This document shows, in pieces, positions 46,034-55,305 of a stretch of 64,000 bases of DNA. The notes beneath the pieces were generated by a model that did not search any database, was not told the DNA's origin, and saw only the letters and a program-made list of their open reading frames with translations. How positions within the stretch are numbered: the first letter of the stretch is position 1; every line of letters starts with the position of its first letter. Source of the DNA: an uncultured Verrucomicrobiae bacterium (lineage in GTDB: Bacteria; Verrucomicrobiota; Verrucomicrobiia; Chthoniobacterales; JAFAMB01); NCBI GenBank assembly GCA_963731325.1, contig CAVSUL010000008.1, positions 15,101 to 79,100 of the forward strand. The letters run 5' to 3'. The position numbers and the translations under genes were made by a program.

Positions 46034-48955
46034 ATGCGAAGCCATCACGCGACTCGACTGATCCACGCCGATGAAACGCAGCCCCTGGCCGGACGAGAAC
46101 CCACTTTGGACCTGCAGAGTGGACGTCCAAAAAGAGTGCGGACAAGATCCGCGCTGCCACTTCTCGCTTTGAAATCGATCGGGTTGATCTGCGCGATTTG
46201 TTTCGCGTCGGTGGCGGCCGGGCAAAACCGCTATCAAATTACTCGGATCCCCACCGCTCAGGGCGCCAACAGCGCGGCGCTCGGCATTAACAAGCAAGGC
46301 GAGGTTGTCGGATACAGTTTCCAAGGGAACGTTTATCAGGCATTCCTGTACTCCACCGCGGATCAATCAATGACTGACGTAGGTTCGCTCGGCGGGAACC
46401 TCACGGCCGCGTGCGCCATCAACGACAACAGCCAAGTCGCCGGCTACAGCCAGGATGGCAACGGAAATCTCCTCGCATTTCTATTTTCACGGAAGCAGCA
46501 GATCGCTTCCTTAGGCACGCTCGAGGGCGCCTCGACCAGCGAAGCCTTTGGTCTCAACAATCATGGCACTGCGGTGGGGGACAGCCAAAGCGGCAACCAG
46601 AATCATCGACCAGTGTTGTTTGCCAACGGTTCGGTGCAAGACCTCGGCGTGGGTACCTCAAACGAACCGGATGCTCTCGAGACTGCCTATGCAATCAACG
46701 ATGCGGGCCAAATCGTTGGAAGGCACAGCGCGGGCAACAGTGCCTTCCACGGTTTTCTGGTTGCGAATGGCAAGATTACCGACCTTGCGACATTAGGAGG
46801 CGCCAACAGTGAAGCGCTTGCCATTAACAAAAAGGGCCAGGTGGTGGGCGATAGCGATACTGCCGACGGACGCGTCCATGCTTTTCTCTTCGATCACTCC
46901 GGGCTGAAAGATTTGGGAACGCTGCCCGGGTACGACAACTCGAGTTTCGCCCGGGGAATCAATAGCTCCGGTGAAATTGTCGGAGAGAGCGATAGCAACG
47001 ATCAGAAACGCGCATTGCTTTACACTAAGGGACAGATCGTTGAGCTGGACAAGGTTGCCGCAAACCTCTCGGACGCTGGATTCATTTCCCTGGATGTCGC
47101 TTACGGCATTAATGATGAGGGAGTGATTGTTGGCTACGGAACCACCTCCGATAATCTGACGGAGGCATTCGTTGCCGTTCCAGCAGTTCGCGGCAATCAG
47201 CCGTTGGCCGTTGGCGCGCCGCTACCCCAGCCTCAATCCCCCGGCCAGCCGGGTTCGAACGAGGAAAACTACGATGTTTTTTATACAAGACTGACCCCGG
47301 ATGAAGGCTCCTGGGTGGAAGCAGGCAACTACGGTTACTGCTTCCGGCCGCGGGTATCAGCGGGCTGGAGACCGTACCGGGATGGCCGCTGGATTTGGAC
47401 CGATCGAGGCTGGTATTGGGACTCGGACGAGCGTTTTGGCTGGGCCACCAATCATTATGGCCGGTGGGTCGACGTCAGCGGAACCGGGTGGTGCTGGGTT
47501 CCCGGACATCAATGGGCTCCGGCTTGGGTCTCGTGGCGGCAGAGTGACCAATACGTCGGCTGGGCGCCGCTTCCGCCCGAGGCGGATGTTTCCGGCCAGG
47601 TTGGAATCTCTTCCTGGTCCGATGGGTATTACGGCATCGGACCGGCGGCCTACAGTTTTATCAACTATTCGCATTGGTCCGAGCCGAGTTATGCGCAGTT
47701 CATTGAGCCGCCCGAGCGAAACGTTCAGATCATGACGGAAACGAAGAACGTTACGAACATTGTCAACAACAACAATGTGATCAACAACTACGGGCCGCCA
47801 GTTCAAACCGTTGCGGCCAAGACCAACCAGAATATCCAGCCGGTTAAACTTGCCTTTAACCCCGCAGCGGGTCCGAATGCGAAATACGGGCAGACCCTTC
47901 AGGGTAACCAGCTCGCGGTGGCAGCACCGGCGGCCGTGCTGAAAGCAGCGGCAACGCAAACACCGCCTGTCCAAAACCGTATTGCCAATCCGGTGATCGA
48001 AAAAGGCTGGCAAGGCGTGAAGCCGGCGCAGGTAGCGACGCTCCAGAAGACCATTGCTGCCCAGGCTCCTCCACCCAAGGATTTGCCGAAACCGACCCCC
48101 TTTGTGAAACCGCAGATTGGCGGTCCGGCCCAGGTCGCCGCGCCGCGTCGACCGGCCGGCGCTCCCAACGCGGTCGCTGGGCAAAAGCAGCAACTGCCCT
48201 CTAATTTGTTGAAAGCGGCACCTGGTCCTGGACAGAAGGCACCCGCTGCCAATGTCACTCCAAGCGCCGCAGTGAAGGAGTCGGTTGCCGCAAAGAAATC
48301 GCTTCCTCCGAACCTGCTGGCTCCGAAAACTCCGGGAAGTCCCGGCGCTCCGCCGACGCCGCCCGGAGGGAAACCGCCAACGGCCGTACCTGGAGCGAAA
48401 CAGCAGCCGACTGCGAGTCCGGCCGGTAATGCGCCGTCCGAGCAGAAGACACCGCAGCCTGGCGCGCCACCGCACACCATCGCGACGCCGGCTCCCGAAC
48501 GGAAACCGGAGACTACGCCGCATCCCGGTCCTGCGAACCTGGCGACGCCCAAACCGGCTTCAACTCCGCATCAGCCGGCGAACATCGAAAGGCCGGCGCC
48601 GACTCCGCACACCATCGCGACGCCGGCTCCCGAACGGAAACCGGAGACTACGCCGCATCCCGGTCCGGCGAACCCGGCGACGCCCAAACCGGCTTCAACT
48701 CCGCATCAGCCGGCGAACATCGAAAAGCCGACGTCAACTCCGCATCCGGAAGCGCCCAAACAGGAAGCACCCAAGCCGAGCTCGAATCAACATCACGAGC
48801 CTGTAAACGAGCCGAAAGCAACTCCAGAAGTAAACCGGGAAAGCAAGCCTTCCAGTCAGCCCGCGCAGGAGAAGAAACCCGAACAAACGCGGCCGGCTGG
48901 TCCAAGCCATAAGCCGGAGGGCGAAGGGCATGGCAAGGCCTCGCCCACGCCGTAA
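46034..48955 (+). CDS. large secreted protein: HAF-type extracellular repeats, a Trp-rich (WxxGxW-like) central domain and a Pro-rich tail
   Basis: Signal-like ..LLALKSIGLICAICFASVAAGQ. Repeats take the form ..VVGYS....AFLY/ HAFLF.. (for example VVGDSDTADGRVHAFLF). The centre reads ..GWRPYRDGRWIWTDRGWYWDSDERFGWATNHYGRWV... The C-terminus is P/A/K/T-rich. Confidence 0.7.
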   Translation: MRSHHATRLIHADETQPLAGREPTLDLQSGRPKRVRTRSALPLLALKSIGLICAICFASVAAGQNRYQITRIPTAQGANSAALGINKQGEVVGYSFQGNVYQAFLYSTADQSMTDVGSLGGNLTAACAINDNSQVAGYSQDGNGNLLAFLFSRKQQIASLGTLEGASTSEAFGLNNHGTAVGDSQSGNQNHRPVLFANGSVQDLGVGTSNEPDALETAYAINDAGQIVGRHSAGNSAFHGFLVANGKITDLATLGGANSEALAINKKGQVVGDSDTADGRVHAFLFDHSGLKDLGTLPGYDNSSFARGINSSGEIVGESDSNDQKRALLYTKGQIVELDKVAANLSDAGFISLDVAYGINDEGVIVGYGTTSDNLTEAFVAVPAVRGNQPLAVGAPLPQPQSPGQPGSNEENYDVFYTRLTPDEGSWVEAGNYGYCFRPRVSAGWRPYRDGRWIWTDRGWYWDSDERFGWATNHYGRWVDVSGTGWCWVPGHQWAPAWVSWRQSDQYVGWAPLPPEADVSGQVGISSWSDGYYGIGPAAYSFINYSHWSEPSYAQFIEPPERNVQIMTETKNVTNIVNNNNVINNYGPPVQTVAAKTNQNIQPVKLAFNPAAGPNAKYGQTLQGNQLAVAAPAAVLKAAATQTPPVQNRIANPVIEKGWQGVKPAQVATLQKTIAAQAPPPKDLPKPTPFVKPQIGGPAQVAAPRRPAGAPNAVAGQKQQLPSNLLKAAPGPGQKAPAANVTPSAAVKESVAAKKSLPPNLLAPKTPGSPGAPPTPPGGKPPTAVPGAKQQPTASPAGNAPSEQKTPQPGAPPHTIATPAPERKPETTPHPGPANLATPKPASTPHQPANIERPAPTPHTIATPAPERKPETTPHPGPANPATPKPASTPHQPANIEKPTSTPHPEAPKQEAPKPSSNQHHEPVNEPKATPEVNRESKPSSQPAQEKKPEQTRPAGPSHKPEGEGHGKASPTP
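48468..48737 (+). repeat. in-frame 135-bp tandem duplication inside the Pro-rich tail
   Basis: Two near-identical 45-aa units: PHTIATPAPERKPETTPHPGPAN(L/P)ATPKPASTPHQPANIE(R/K)P... Confidence 0.9.
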
Positions 48956-48957
48956 AG

Positions 48958-49008
48958 AGTGCCAGTGCCGGCGATAGTGCCAGTGCCGGTGTCAGTATCA
49001 GTGCCCGT
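48958..49008. repeat. hexamer tandem array (AGTGCC family) starting 2 nt after a stop codon
   Basis: Sequence gtgccagtgccggcgatagtgccagtgccggtgtcagtatcagtgcccgtgg. It is followed by a short GAAACGY-like stretch at 49026-49050. Confidence 0.85.
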
Positions 49009-49056
49009 GGTAGGACCTATGGGCGAAATGCGAAACGCGGAACGTGAGACGCGTAA

Positions 49057-49463
49057 TCAGTACGGCGCCTCTGGAGTCACCAACCGCAGATTCGGGAGAT
49101 ATCGCCGAAGATACCCGCGGTCCGCTGAGGCCAATGCGCCCGCTTGCAAGGCAGCGTGAGCGGCGATGAGAAAATCCGGCAGAACAGCGGTTCGTGGTCC
49201 GCCCTGACTTCGGTAAACGCCAAAAATTTCGCCGGCCAGGAGAGCGGCCTTTTCGGCGATTGGATCGTGGCGAATGGAAAGGGCGCGAATGGCGCGTTGA
49301 CAGGCTTCATCGGAACGAAACAGAGCGCGTGTCTCGGCCAAAGCGACTGACGAAATCACGAGCCCAGCTTTCTCGGCGGCCCACTTAAAGCTCTCGGCCA
49401 AGCTTCCCCGTTTTGTTCGCCTTTGAAGATCGCGATCAGCGCAGAAGTATCGACGGCCAGCAT
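49057..49463 (-). pseudogene. vapC: PIN-domain toxin (VapC) with a frameshift near codon 19
   Basis: ATG 49463 gives MLAVDTSALIAIFKGEQNG.., which stops after 35 codons. The remainder (..SLAESFKWAAEKAGLVISSVALAETRAL..VLPDFLIAAHAALQAGALASADRGYLRRYLPNLRLV..) lies in the frame of ORF 49057..49602. The break is at the aaaacggggaagc run, about 49412-49420. Confidence 0.65.
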
Positions 49464-49465
49464 GC

Positions 49466-49615
49466 TCACCGGTTTTTAACCCCGGACCGTTTAGCCGGCA
49501 ATTCGACCGGTCCGCGAAGTTCAGCCAATACCTCTTGCTCCGTGCGTCCAGCCAGTTCATCTTTGAGACGGCGGTGTCCAACGTGTAACGCGTCCGTACC
49601 AAGTAGCGCCGGCAT
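49466..49615 (-). CDS. VapB-like antitoxin (49 aa), start codon inside repeat family B
   Basis: Product is MPALLGTDALHVGHRRLKDELAGRTEQEVLAELRGPVELPAKRSGVKNR*. Its TGA lies 2 nt before the VapC ATG. The tail resembles RHH/FitA-type antitoxins, and the N-terminus looks truncated. Confidence 0.4.
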   Translation of the reverse strand: MPALLGTDALHVGHRRLKDELAGRTEQEVLAELRGPVELPAKRSGVKNR

Positions 49616-49659
49616 CCTGCCGGTTCAAAAAGCTGACAAGCTGGAAGCTTATCCTACCT
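49608..49659. repeat. dispersed repeat family B (inverted copy)
   Basis: Sequence gccggcatcctgccggttcaaaaagctgacaagctggaagcttatcctacc. Confidence 0.85.
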
Positions 49660-49741
49660 GAAATCCGACACGCCCGGCCTCGTCCGTGTCTGGGGGGGCG
49701 ACGCACCACCACCCGCGTCTTGCACGGGCTTGGGGGAGGAG

Positions 49742-49797
49742 CGTGAAACGTGAAACGTGAAACGCGAAACGTCAAACGCGAAACGCGAAACCCGAAA
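49742..49797. repeat. heptamer tandem array (GAAACGY family), 8 units
   Basis: Units: cgtgaaa cgtgaaa cgtgaaa cgcgaaa cgtcaaa cgcgaaa cgcgaaa cccgaaa. Confidence 0.9.
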
Positions 49798-49869
49798 TCC
49801 GAGACAGCAAAATTCGCTACATGTTGGGGAATTCTGGATTGCTAAACACAACCTGTTGAGCTATCGGAG

Positions 49870-50502
49870 ATGTACCGACCTATGAGAAGGCGATTGCGCG
49901 CACCAAAAAATCGGCGGGTAAAAACCCGGCTTTCTGTCCGAACTCTCCCTCCTCCGAAAATGCCACCCACACAGAAACGAATCCTGTTGGCTGTCCTTGC
50001 GCTTTGTGCGATGACCGCAGTGGCAGTCTGGCTGGTTGGATCTCATCATTCCCGTCCGCTCGTTCCTGCCAAGAAGGCCGCGATTGCCGCATCAGGACCT
50101 TCGCAGCAGTCGACCAGCAAGAGACAACCCGTTCTTGATCCGGACCTGGTTGGACCTAAGATCGTAACCTTTGCGCAAACCGATCCAGCAAAGCCGGAAC
50201 GCGATTTTCCGACAGAACCGACCGCTCGCGCGACGGACGAAGAAGATCTTGCAAAAACGGAACAAAGTAACCCGCCTCCCGACGACAACGACCTGCATCA
50301 GACCACCTCAGTCTCCCCCCATCACTCTGACCGCCTCGTGGCCGAGCGCGAGAGACGAAAGGCTGAGAGCAAACGGTCGCGTTTAGAGAAGCAATATCGG
50401 AAAGGCGAGATTACGGCAGAGGCGTACCAGGCCGGCCAGGAAGAATATCGAAGCGCGATCGAGAAGTACCGGAAATCGTTGAAGAGCAACGCTCAAGACT
50501 GA
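49870..50502 (+). CDS. hypothetical membrane-anchored protein with charged coiled-coil C-terminus
   Basis: One TM segment (..ILLAVLALCAMTAVAVWLVG..), a low-complexity middle and the tail ..ERERRKAESKRSRLEKQYRKGEITAEAYQAGQEEYRSAIEKYRK... The start is uncertain. Confidence 0.45.
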   Translation: MYRPMRRRLRAPKNRRVKTRLSVRTLPPPKMPPTQKRILLAVLALCAMTAVAVWLVGSHHSRPLVPAKKAAIAASGPSQQSTSKRQPVLDPDLVGPKIVTFAQTDPAKPERDFPTEPTARATDEEDLAKTEQSNPPPDDNDLHQTTSVSPHHSDRLVAERERRKAESKRSRLEKQYRKGEITAEAYQAGQEEYRSAIEKYRKSLKSNAQD

Positions 50503-50550
50503 GCAACGGTTGTAACCTCCGGGATCGCTCTCACGTCGGGTAACATTGTT

Positions 50551-51033
50551 ATGATTGCTATGAGACATTTTGTAATTCCGATTTGCATGACCCTTGCCTG
50601 CGGTTCGCTCCGGGCGCAGAGCACCGATGCGGATCCTTCGCAAAGCCCCACCTTCGAACAGCACGGCAGAGGGGAGCATCATCGCGGCGGCCGGATCTGG
50701 AAAGAGCTGAACCTGACCGATACCCAGAAAGCGGACCTCAAAACGTATCGACAACAGCATCAGCCGGAGTTCCGCGCGGCGTTGGCCGGCCTATTAGCTG
50801 CCAGGTTGAAGCTTCAACAGGACATCAATGCCAATGATCAAGCCGCGATTACGACCGATGCTGCGACCTTGGGTCAGGCGTCGGCCCAACTGGCGAAAGT
50901 GCGTGCCGCAGAGGTCAGTTACCTGGCAGGCATTCTGAATCCCGATCAAACCGCGACGTTGCAGAACCTGCAGCAAAAACGTCAAGCTCGGATGCAGGAC
51001 TGGATTAATAAACTCAACCAACCCAGCACCTAG
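50551..51033 (+). CDS. Spy/CpxP-family periplasmic protein (LTxxQ motif)
   Basis: Signal peptide ..VIPICMTLACGSLRAQS. LTxxQ-type motifs LNLTDTQKADL and LNPDQTATL. Confidence 0.65.
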   Translation: MIAMRHFVIPICMTLACGSLRAQSTDADPSQSPTFEQHGRGEHHRGGRIWKELNLTDTQKADLKTYRQQHQPEFRAALAGLLAARLKLQQDINANDQAAITTDAATLGQASAQLAKVRAAEVSYLAGILNPDQTATLQNLQQKRQARMQDWINKLNQPST

Positions 51034-51090
51034 CCGTCGGACATTCTCTTCAGATCGAAAAGTGGCACAGGCTGCCAGCCTGTCAGTGTT

Positions 51091-51251
51091 ATGGAGTGCG
51101 TGCGACTTGTCGCCGCTTTGAGACCGCGCGGAGCGCGACTACCAACCAAAGAGTCTTTTCTCGGAGGGAGCTACGCACTTCGCAGACCGCCGGTCAGTTT
51201 GGGTCGCGCTCCGCGCGATCCTAAAGCGGCGACAAGTCGCACGCACTCCAT
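51091..51251. repeat. family A inverted-repeat element
   Basis: Arms at 51091-51137 and 51205-51251. It shares the ..gcgcgactaccaacca.. spacer start with the copy at 58040-58100. Confidence 0.9.
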
Positions 51252-51390
51252 AACGAGGTTTAGGTTTGACAGACGAACGGGAAAGCCTAGGATGCGCGAA
51301 GATATATAATATACGATGCTGATTGGTTCCGGAGCCGGGGACGGGACGCTCGGGTATGAGACGGCTCAGCGCCCCGGCTGATTTCACCCG

Positions 51391-52539
51391 ATGCAAGCAC
51401 GCACGATCCGCATCCTTATGAACGGCGTCACCGGACGCATGGGTCGTAATCAGCATCTGATTCGATCGATTCTGGCCATTCGTGAACAGGGCGGTCTCCG
51501 CCTCTCTGATGGTGAGTGTCTATGGCCTGAGCCAGTCCTGGTCGGACGCAATGAAACGCGAGTAAGCGCGTTGGCCGATGAATTTGGCTTGAAATGGACA
51601 ACCGATCTGCACACTGCTTTGGCTGATCCAGACGTCTCCATCTATTTTGATGCCCAGGTAACGTCCGAGCGTGTTGGCGCCGTTAAAGCTGCAATTGCGG
51701 CCGGAAAGCATATCTACTGCGAGAAACCCATTGCCGAAGATTTATCGAGGGCGCTCGAACTTGCACGCCTTGCCACCGCGGCGGGCGTCAAAAATGGAGC
51801 TGTGCAGGACAAGTTGTTCCTGCCTGGCCTTCGTAAACTGAAGCATCTCATCAAAAGCGGCTTTTTCGGCAAGATCCTCTCGGTGCGCGGCGAATTTGGC
51901 TACTGGGTCTTTGAAGGAGATTGGCAAACAGCGCAGCGCCCGTCCTGGAATTATCGTTCGGAAGAGGGTGGGGGGATTATACTCGATATGTTCTGCCACT
52001 GGCGATACGTGCTTGATGGCCTCTTTGGGCCTGTTCAAAGCGTGTGCGCTTTCGGTGCGAACCATATTCCGGTGCGTTACGACGAATCGGATCGTCCTTA
52101 CACAGCGACCGCCGATGACGCAGCCTACGCAATTTTCCAAGTCGGAGATGGGATCGTCGCGCAAATCAATTCCTCCTGGTGTGTGCGTGTCTATCGAGAC
52201 GAGCTTTTCAGTTTGCAGGTCGACGGAGTGAATGGGAGCGCGGTCGCCGGATTGCGCAGTTGTAAGGTGCAGCACCGGGTAAATACGCCCAAACCAGTAT
52301 GGAATCCTGACCTGGCTAATCCCCACGACTTTTTCGCCGACTGGCACGAGATCCCGGAAAATCAAAGCTACGAAAACGGATTCAAAGTGCAGTGGGTAGA
52401 ATTTCTCCGGCATGTCGTCGAGGGAACGCCATTTCCTTATACATTACTGGAAGGGGCCAAAGGCGTGCAGTTGGCCGAAGCCGGACTTCAGTCGTGGCGG
52501 GAACGGCGCTGGATAGATCTAGCTCCGTTGCGGCTATGA
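51391..52539 (+). CDS. Gfo/Idh/MocA-family oxidoreductase
   Basis: Reads ..IRILMNGVTGRMGRNQHL.. and ..HIYCEKPIA... Its stop overlaps the next gene's ATG (ATGA at 52536-52539). Confidence 0.8.
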   Translation: MQARTIRILMNGVTGRMGRNQHLIRSILAIREQGGLRLSDGECLWPEPVLVGRNETRVSALADEFGLKWTTDLHTALADPDVSIYFDAQVTSERVGAVKAAIAAGKHIYCEKPIAEDLSRALELARLATAAGVKNGAVQDKLFLPGLRKLKHLIKSGFFGKILSVRGEFGYWVFEGDWQTAQRPSWNYRSEEGGGIILDMFCHWRYVLDGLFGPVQSVCAFGANHIPVRYDESDRPYTATADDAAYAIFQVGDGIVAQINSSWCVRVYRDELFSLQVDGVNGSAVAGLRSCKVQHRVNTPKPVWNPDLANPHDFFADWHEIPENQSYENGFKVQWVEFLRHVVEGTPFPYTLLEGAKGVQLAEAGLQSWRERRWIDLAPLRL

Positions 52540-53717
52540 AGCTTTCAGGCCCGCCCAGCCGCTCAAGCCTTCGGCTGCCAGTTAGTCCAGGCCGGCTGGA
52601 GCACTACACGGTCGGCGCCGGCCGCAGTTTTCCGATAGTTTCCAGGATTGCCAGTCGTAAGGCTTACGCCGCCGCACATGTCGTAGCGGATCCGTTCGCA
52701 GAGAACGATTGGAGGACGCAAGCTGCGCTCGACTGGGACGCGACACTGGCCTTTCGAGAACATCTTTGGTCCCATGGCCTTGGCGTGGCAGAAGCGATGG
52801 ACACCGCCCAGCGAGGAATGGGCCTCGATTGGAGTTCGTGCCGAGAACTGATCAAGCGTTCAACCGCAGCAGCGTCAGCCGGAAACCATTCCATCGTCTG
52901 CGGAGCCGGCACCGACCAGCTCCCGGGCGGCCAGGCTTGGCGAATAGCCGATATCATCTCGGCATACGAAGAGCAGTGCAGCTGGATTGAGGCGTGCGGT
53001 GGACAAATCGTTGTGATGGCCAGCCGCGCCTTGGCGGCAACAGCACGGTCGCTCGACGATTATCTCGAAGTTCACCAAAAAATCGTCGGTGCCGCTCGCG
53101 ATCGTGTCTTGCTCCATTGGCTTGGACCGATGTTCGATCCGGCTCTAAATCGGTATTGGGGAGCGGATGATCTGGATGCAGCGACCGAGAATTTCCTCAA
53201 CCTGCTCTTCGAATTCGCGAATAAAATCGAAGGCGTGAAAGTCTCGCTGTTGGATAAACGCCGAGAAATCGCCCTCCGTGAAAGATTGCCGGTGGGAATG
53301 AAACTATTTACGGGAGACGACTTTTCTTACCCGGAATTGATTCTCGGTGACGAGGTGCATTTTAGCCACGCGCTTCTGGGGATTTTTGATGCGATTGCGC
53401 CGGCCGCCTCGGCCGCCCTCGGTGCGCTCGACGGCGGGAATCGCAAGGGCTTTCTGGAAATTCTGGAACCGACGGTGCCTCTGGCTAAGCATATTTTCCA
53501 GGAGCCAACCTACTATTACAAAACTGGACTGGTCTTTCTCGCCTATCTGAACGGATTACAGAACCACTTTCGAATGATTGGCGGATTAGAATCGGCCCGC
53601 TCGGTCCTGCATCTCAGTCGGCTCTTTGTTTTGGCTGATCAGGCTCAGCTGCTTTCGAATCCGGAACTGGCGTCCGAGCGGATGCGAGCATTCCTTAAGC
53701 TGGCCGGAGTCGAATAA
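52536..53717 (+). CDS. DUF993-like protein
   Basis: Reads ..KAYAAAHVVADPFAEN..LDWDATLAFREHLWSHGLGVAEAMDTAQRGMGLDW... The start is set at ATG 52536 inside ORF 52392..53717. Confidence 0.55.
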   Translation: MKLSGPPSRSSLRLPVSPGRLEHYTVGAGRSFPIVSRIASRKAYAAAHVVADPFAENDWRTQAALDWDATLAFREHLWSHGLGVAEAMDTAQRGMGLDWSSCRELIKRSTAAASAGNHSIVCGAGTDQLPGGQAWRIADIISAYEEQCSWIEACGGQIVVMASRALAATARSLDDYLEVHQKIVGAARDRVLLHWLGPMFDPALNRYWGADDLDAATENFLNLLFEFANKIEGVKVSLLDKRREIALRERLPVGMKLFTGDDFSYPELILGDEVHFSHALLGIFDAIAPAASAALGALDGGNRKGFLEILEPTVPLAKHIFQEPTYYYKTGLVFLAYLNGLQNHFRMIGGLESARSVLHLSRLFVLADQAQLLSNPELASERMRAFLKLAGVE

Positions 53718-53723
53718 CCCTTC

Positions 53724-54560
53724 ATGAAAGTTAGCGATCGGCTCAGCATTAATCAGTACTCGCTCCGGCAATTGGACCTGGAAGAATTCCTGGAAGAGTG
53801 CCAACGGCAGGAGATCTCGCAGATTGGTCTGTGGCGGGAGAAAGTGAACGAGGTGGGAGTCGAGAAAGCCAAGACGTTAGTTGCGAAAGCTGGTTTGAAG
53901 ATTTCCAGTCTTTGCCGCGCTGGGTTCTTTCCGTATGACAACGAAGCGCAGCGGCGGAAAGCGATTGAGGAAAATCGGAAAGTGATCGATGAAGCGGTGG
54001 CGCTAGGAACGCAGCTTGTTGTGCTGGTTTGCGGAGGAATTGCGGCGGCCGGCCTGGCTGCCAGCCGCGCCATGGTGAAAGAAGGAATTGTCGATTTGGC
54101 GCCGTACGCTGCTGAACGCGGTATTCGGCTGGGTATTGAGCCGTTGCATCCGATGTTTGCCGCGGATCGATCGGTGATCGTCACATTGGCGCAAGCGAGC
54201 GAACTGGCGGCGGGCTTTTCTTCGGAAATCGTCGGAATCATTGTCGATGCGTATCACGTCTGGTGGGACCCGGCTCTGGAACAACAAATTGCTCGGGCGG
54301 CGGGGCGGATTTTTGGATTTCATGTGAGCGACTGGATTGCGCCGCTCCCCGATATCCTGAATGGGCGCGGTCTGATGGGCGACGGTTATATTCATTTGCC
54401 GGAAATCCTGGCGATGGTCGAACGAGCTGGCTATCAAGGGCCAATCGAAGTTGAGATTTTCAACCAGAGCCTATGGCAGCTGTCGGGCCGGAGAGCGCTT
54501 GAACAGATCAAGGAGAGGTTTCTGAATCTCTTTCCTGGTCAGCAGATAAAAACGCGTTAG
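53724..54560 (+). CDS. sugar phosphate isomerase/epimerase (xylose-isomerase-like TIM barrel)
   Basis: Length and pattern fit the family (..LGTQLVVLVCGG.., ..RLGIEPLHP.., ..GFHVSDW.., ..GPIEVEIF..). Confidence 0.7.
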   Translation: MKVSDRLSINQYSLRQLDLEEFLEECQRQEISQIGLWREKVNEVGVEKAKTLVAKAGLKISSLCRAGFFPYDNEAQRRKAIEENRKVIDEAVALGTQLVVLVCGGIAAAGLAASRAMVKEGIVDLAPYAAERGIRLGIEPLHPMFAADRSVIVTLAQASELAAGFSSEIVGIIVDAYHVWWDPALEQQIARAAGRIFGFHVSDWIAPLPDILNGRGLMGDGYIHLPEILAMVERAGYQGPIEVEIFNQSLWQLSGRRALEQIKERFLNLFPGQQIKTR

Positions 54561-54564
54561 AACG

Positions 54565-55305
54565 ATGAGACGCTTAACCTCTGTGCGCAGCAAGAAAGAC
54601 TTGGTCGTCGCCGAAATTCGGGAAACGATTTTGAGCGGTGAGCTCGCCCCCGGGGTCCGGCTGGTCATTGACGATCTGGCCAAAAAGCTTGGTGTTAGCG
54701 CAATACCAGTTCGCGAGGCGCTTCAACAACTGCACGCGGACGGTTATATCGTTTTTGAGCCATTCATTGGGGCGCGTGTGGCCGAGATCGAAGTAGAGTC
54801 CATTGTGGAGGTATTTACCCTGCTCGAGGCAATGGAAGTGACCAGCAGCCGAATGGCTTGCGAACGCCTGACACCCGCGGAGCTAACCGAACTGGAAACA
54901 ATCGTCGCCCGGATGGAGACATTGACGTCAGACGCAGAAGCCTGGTCGAAAGAGAATCGCCGTTTTCACGAGTTTATCTGCGCATGCGCCGGTACCCAGC
55001 TCGTCGCCAGCCTCATTGGCAAGGTGTTAGACCACTGGGACAGACTTCACCGCCACTTCTTAAAAGAGGTTTTTGCCAATCGTTTGCAGATCGCCCAGAA
55101 ACAGCATTCGCAGATCCTGCGCGCCATCCAGAATGGCGGCGCCGACCAAGTCGAAAAGCTGGTTCGAAGACATTACCAAAGTGCGCTGCGCGCTTACCAA
55201 AATCATTTACAATCGCGCAACGTGGCACGCGAAACCCCCAACGCGAAACGTGAAACCCGCAACGCGGAACGTTATGCCGGTGCTCAAGATCGAGAACATC
55301 AGTAA
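54565..55305 (+). CDS. GntR-family transcriptional regulator (FCD-type C-domain)
   Basis: wHTH ..LVIDDLAKKLGVSAIPVREALQQLHADGYIV.. followed by a helical FCD-like domain. The last roughly 30 codons are translated from the heptamer array and overlap the next gene. Confidence 0.8.
   Translation: MRRLTSVRSKKDLVVAEIRETILSGELAPGVRLVIDDLAKKLGVSAIPVREALQQLHADGYIVFEPFIGARVAEIEVESIVEVFTLLEAMEVTSSRMACERLTPAELTELETIVARMETLTSDAEAWSKENRRFHEFICACAGTQLVASLIGKVLDHWDRLHRHFLKEVFANRLQIAQKQHSQILRAIQNGGADQVEKLVRRHYQSALRAYQNHLQSRNVARETPNAKRETRNAERYAGAQDREHQ
55214..55273. repeat. heptamer tandem array (GAAACGY family) ending at a start codon
   Basis: Units: cgcgcaa cgtggca cgcgaaa cccccaa cgcgaaa cgtgaaa cccgcaa cgcggaa cgtt, immediately followed by ATG 55274. 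Confidence 0.85.

Noticed and set aside
47357-48552. 388-aa and 217-aa minus-strand ORFs
   Set aside because: They are antisense to the Pro/Ala-rich tail of the HAF-repeat protein. Such GC-rich low-complexity regions keep all frames open, and the products are R/G/P-rich nonsense.
19788-55273. Tandem 6/7/9-nt arrays considered as CRISPR arrays
   Set aside because: The units are contiguous with no spacers and far shorter than CRISPR repeats. No cas genes are present in the window.
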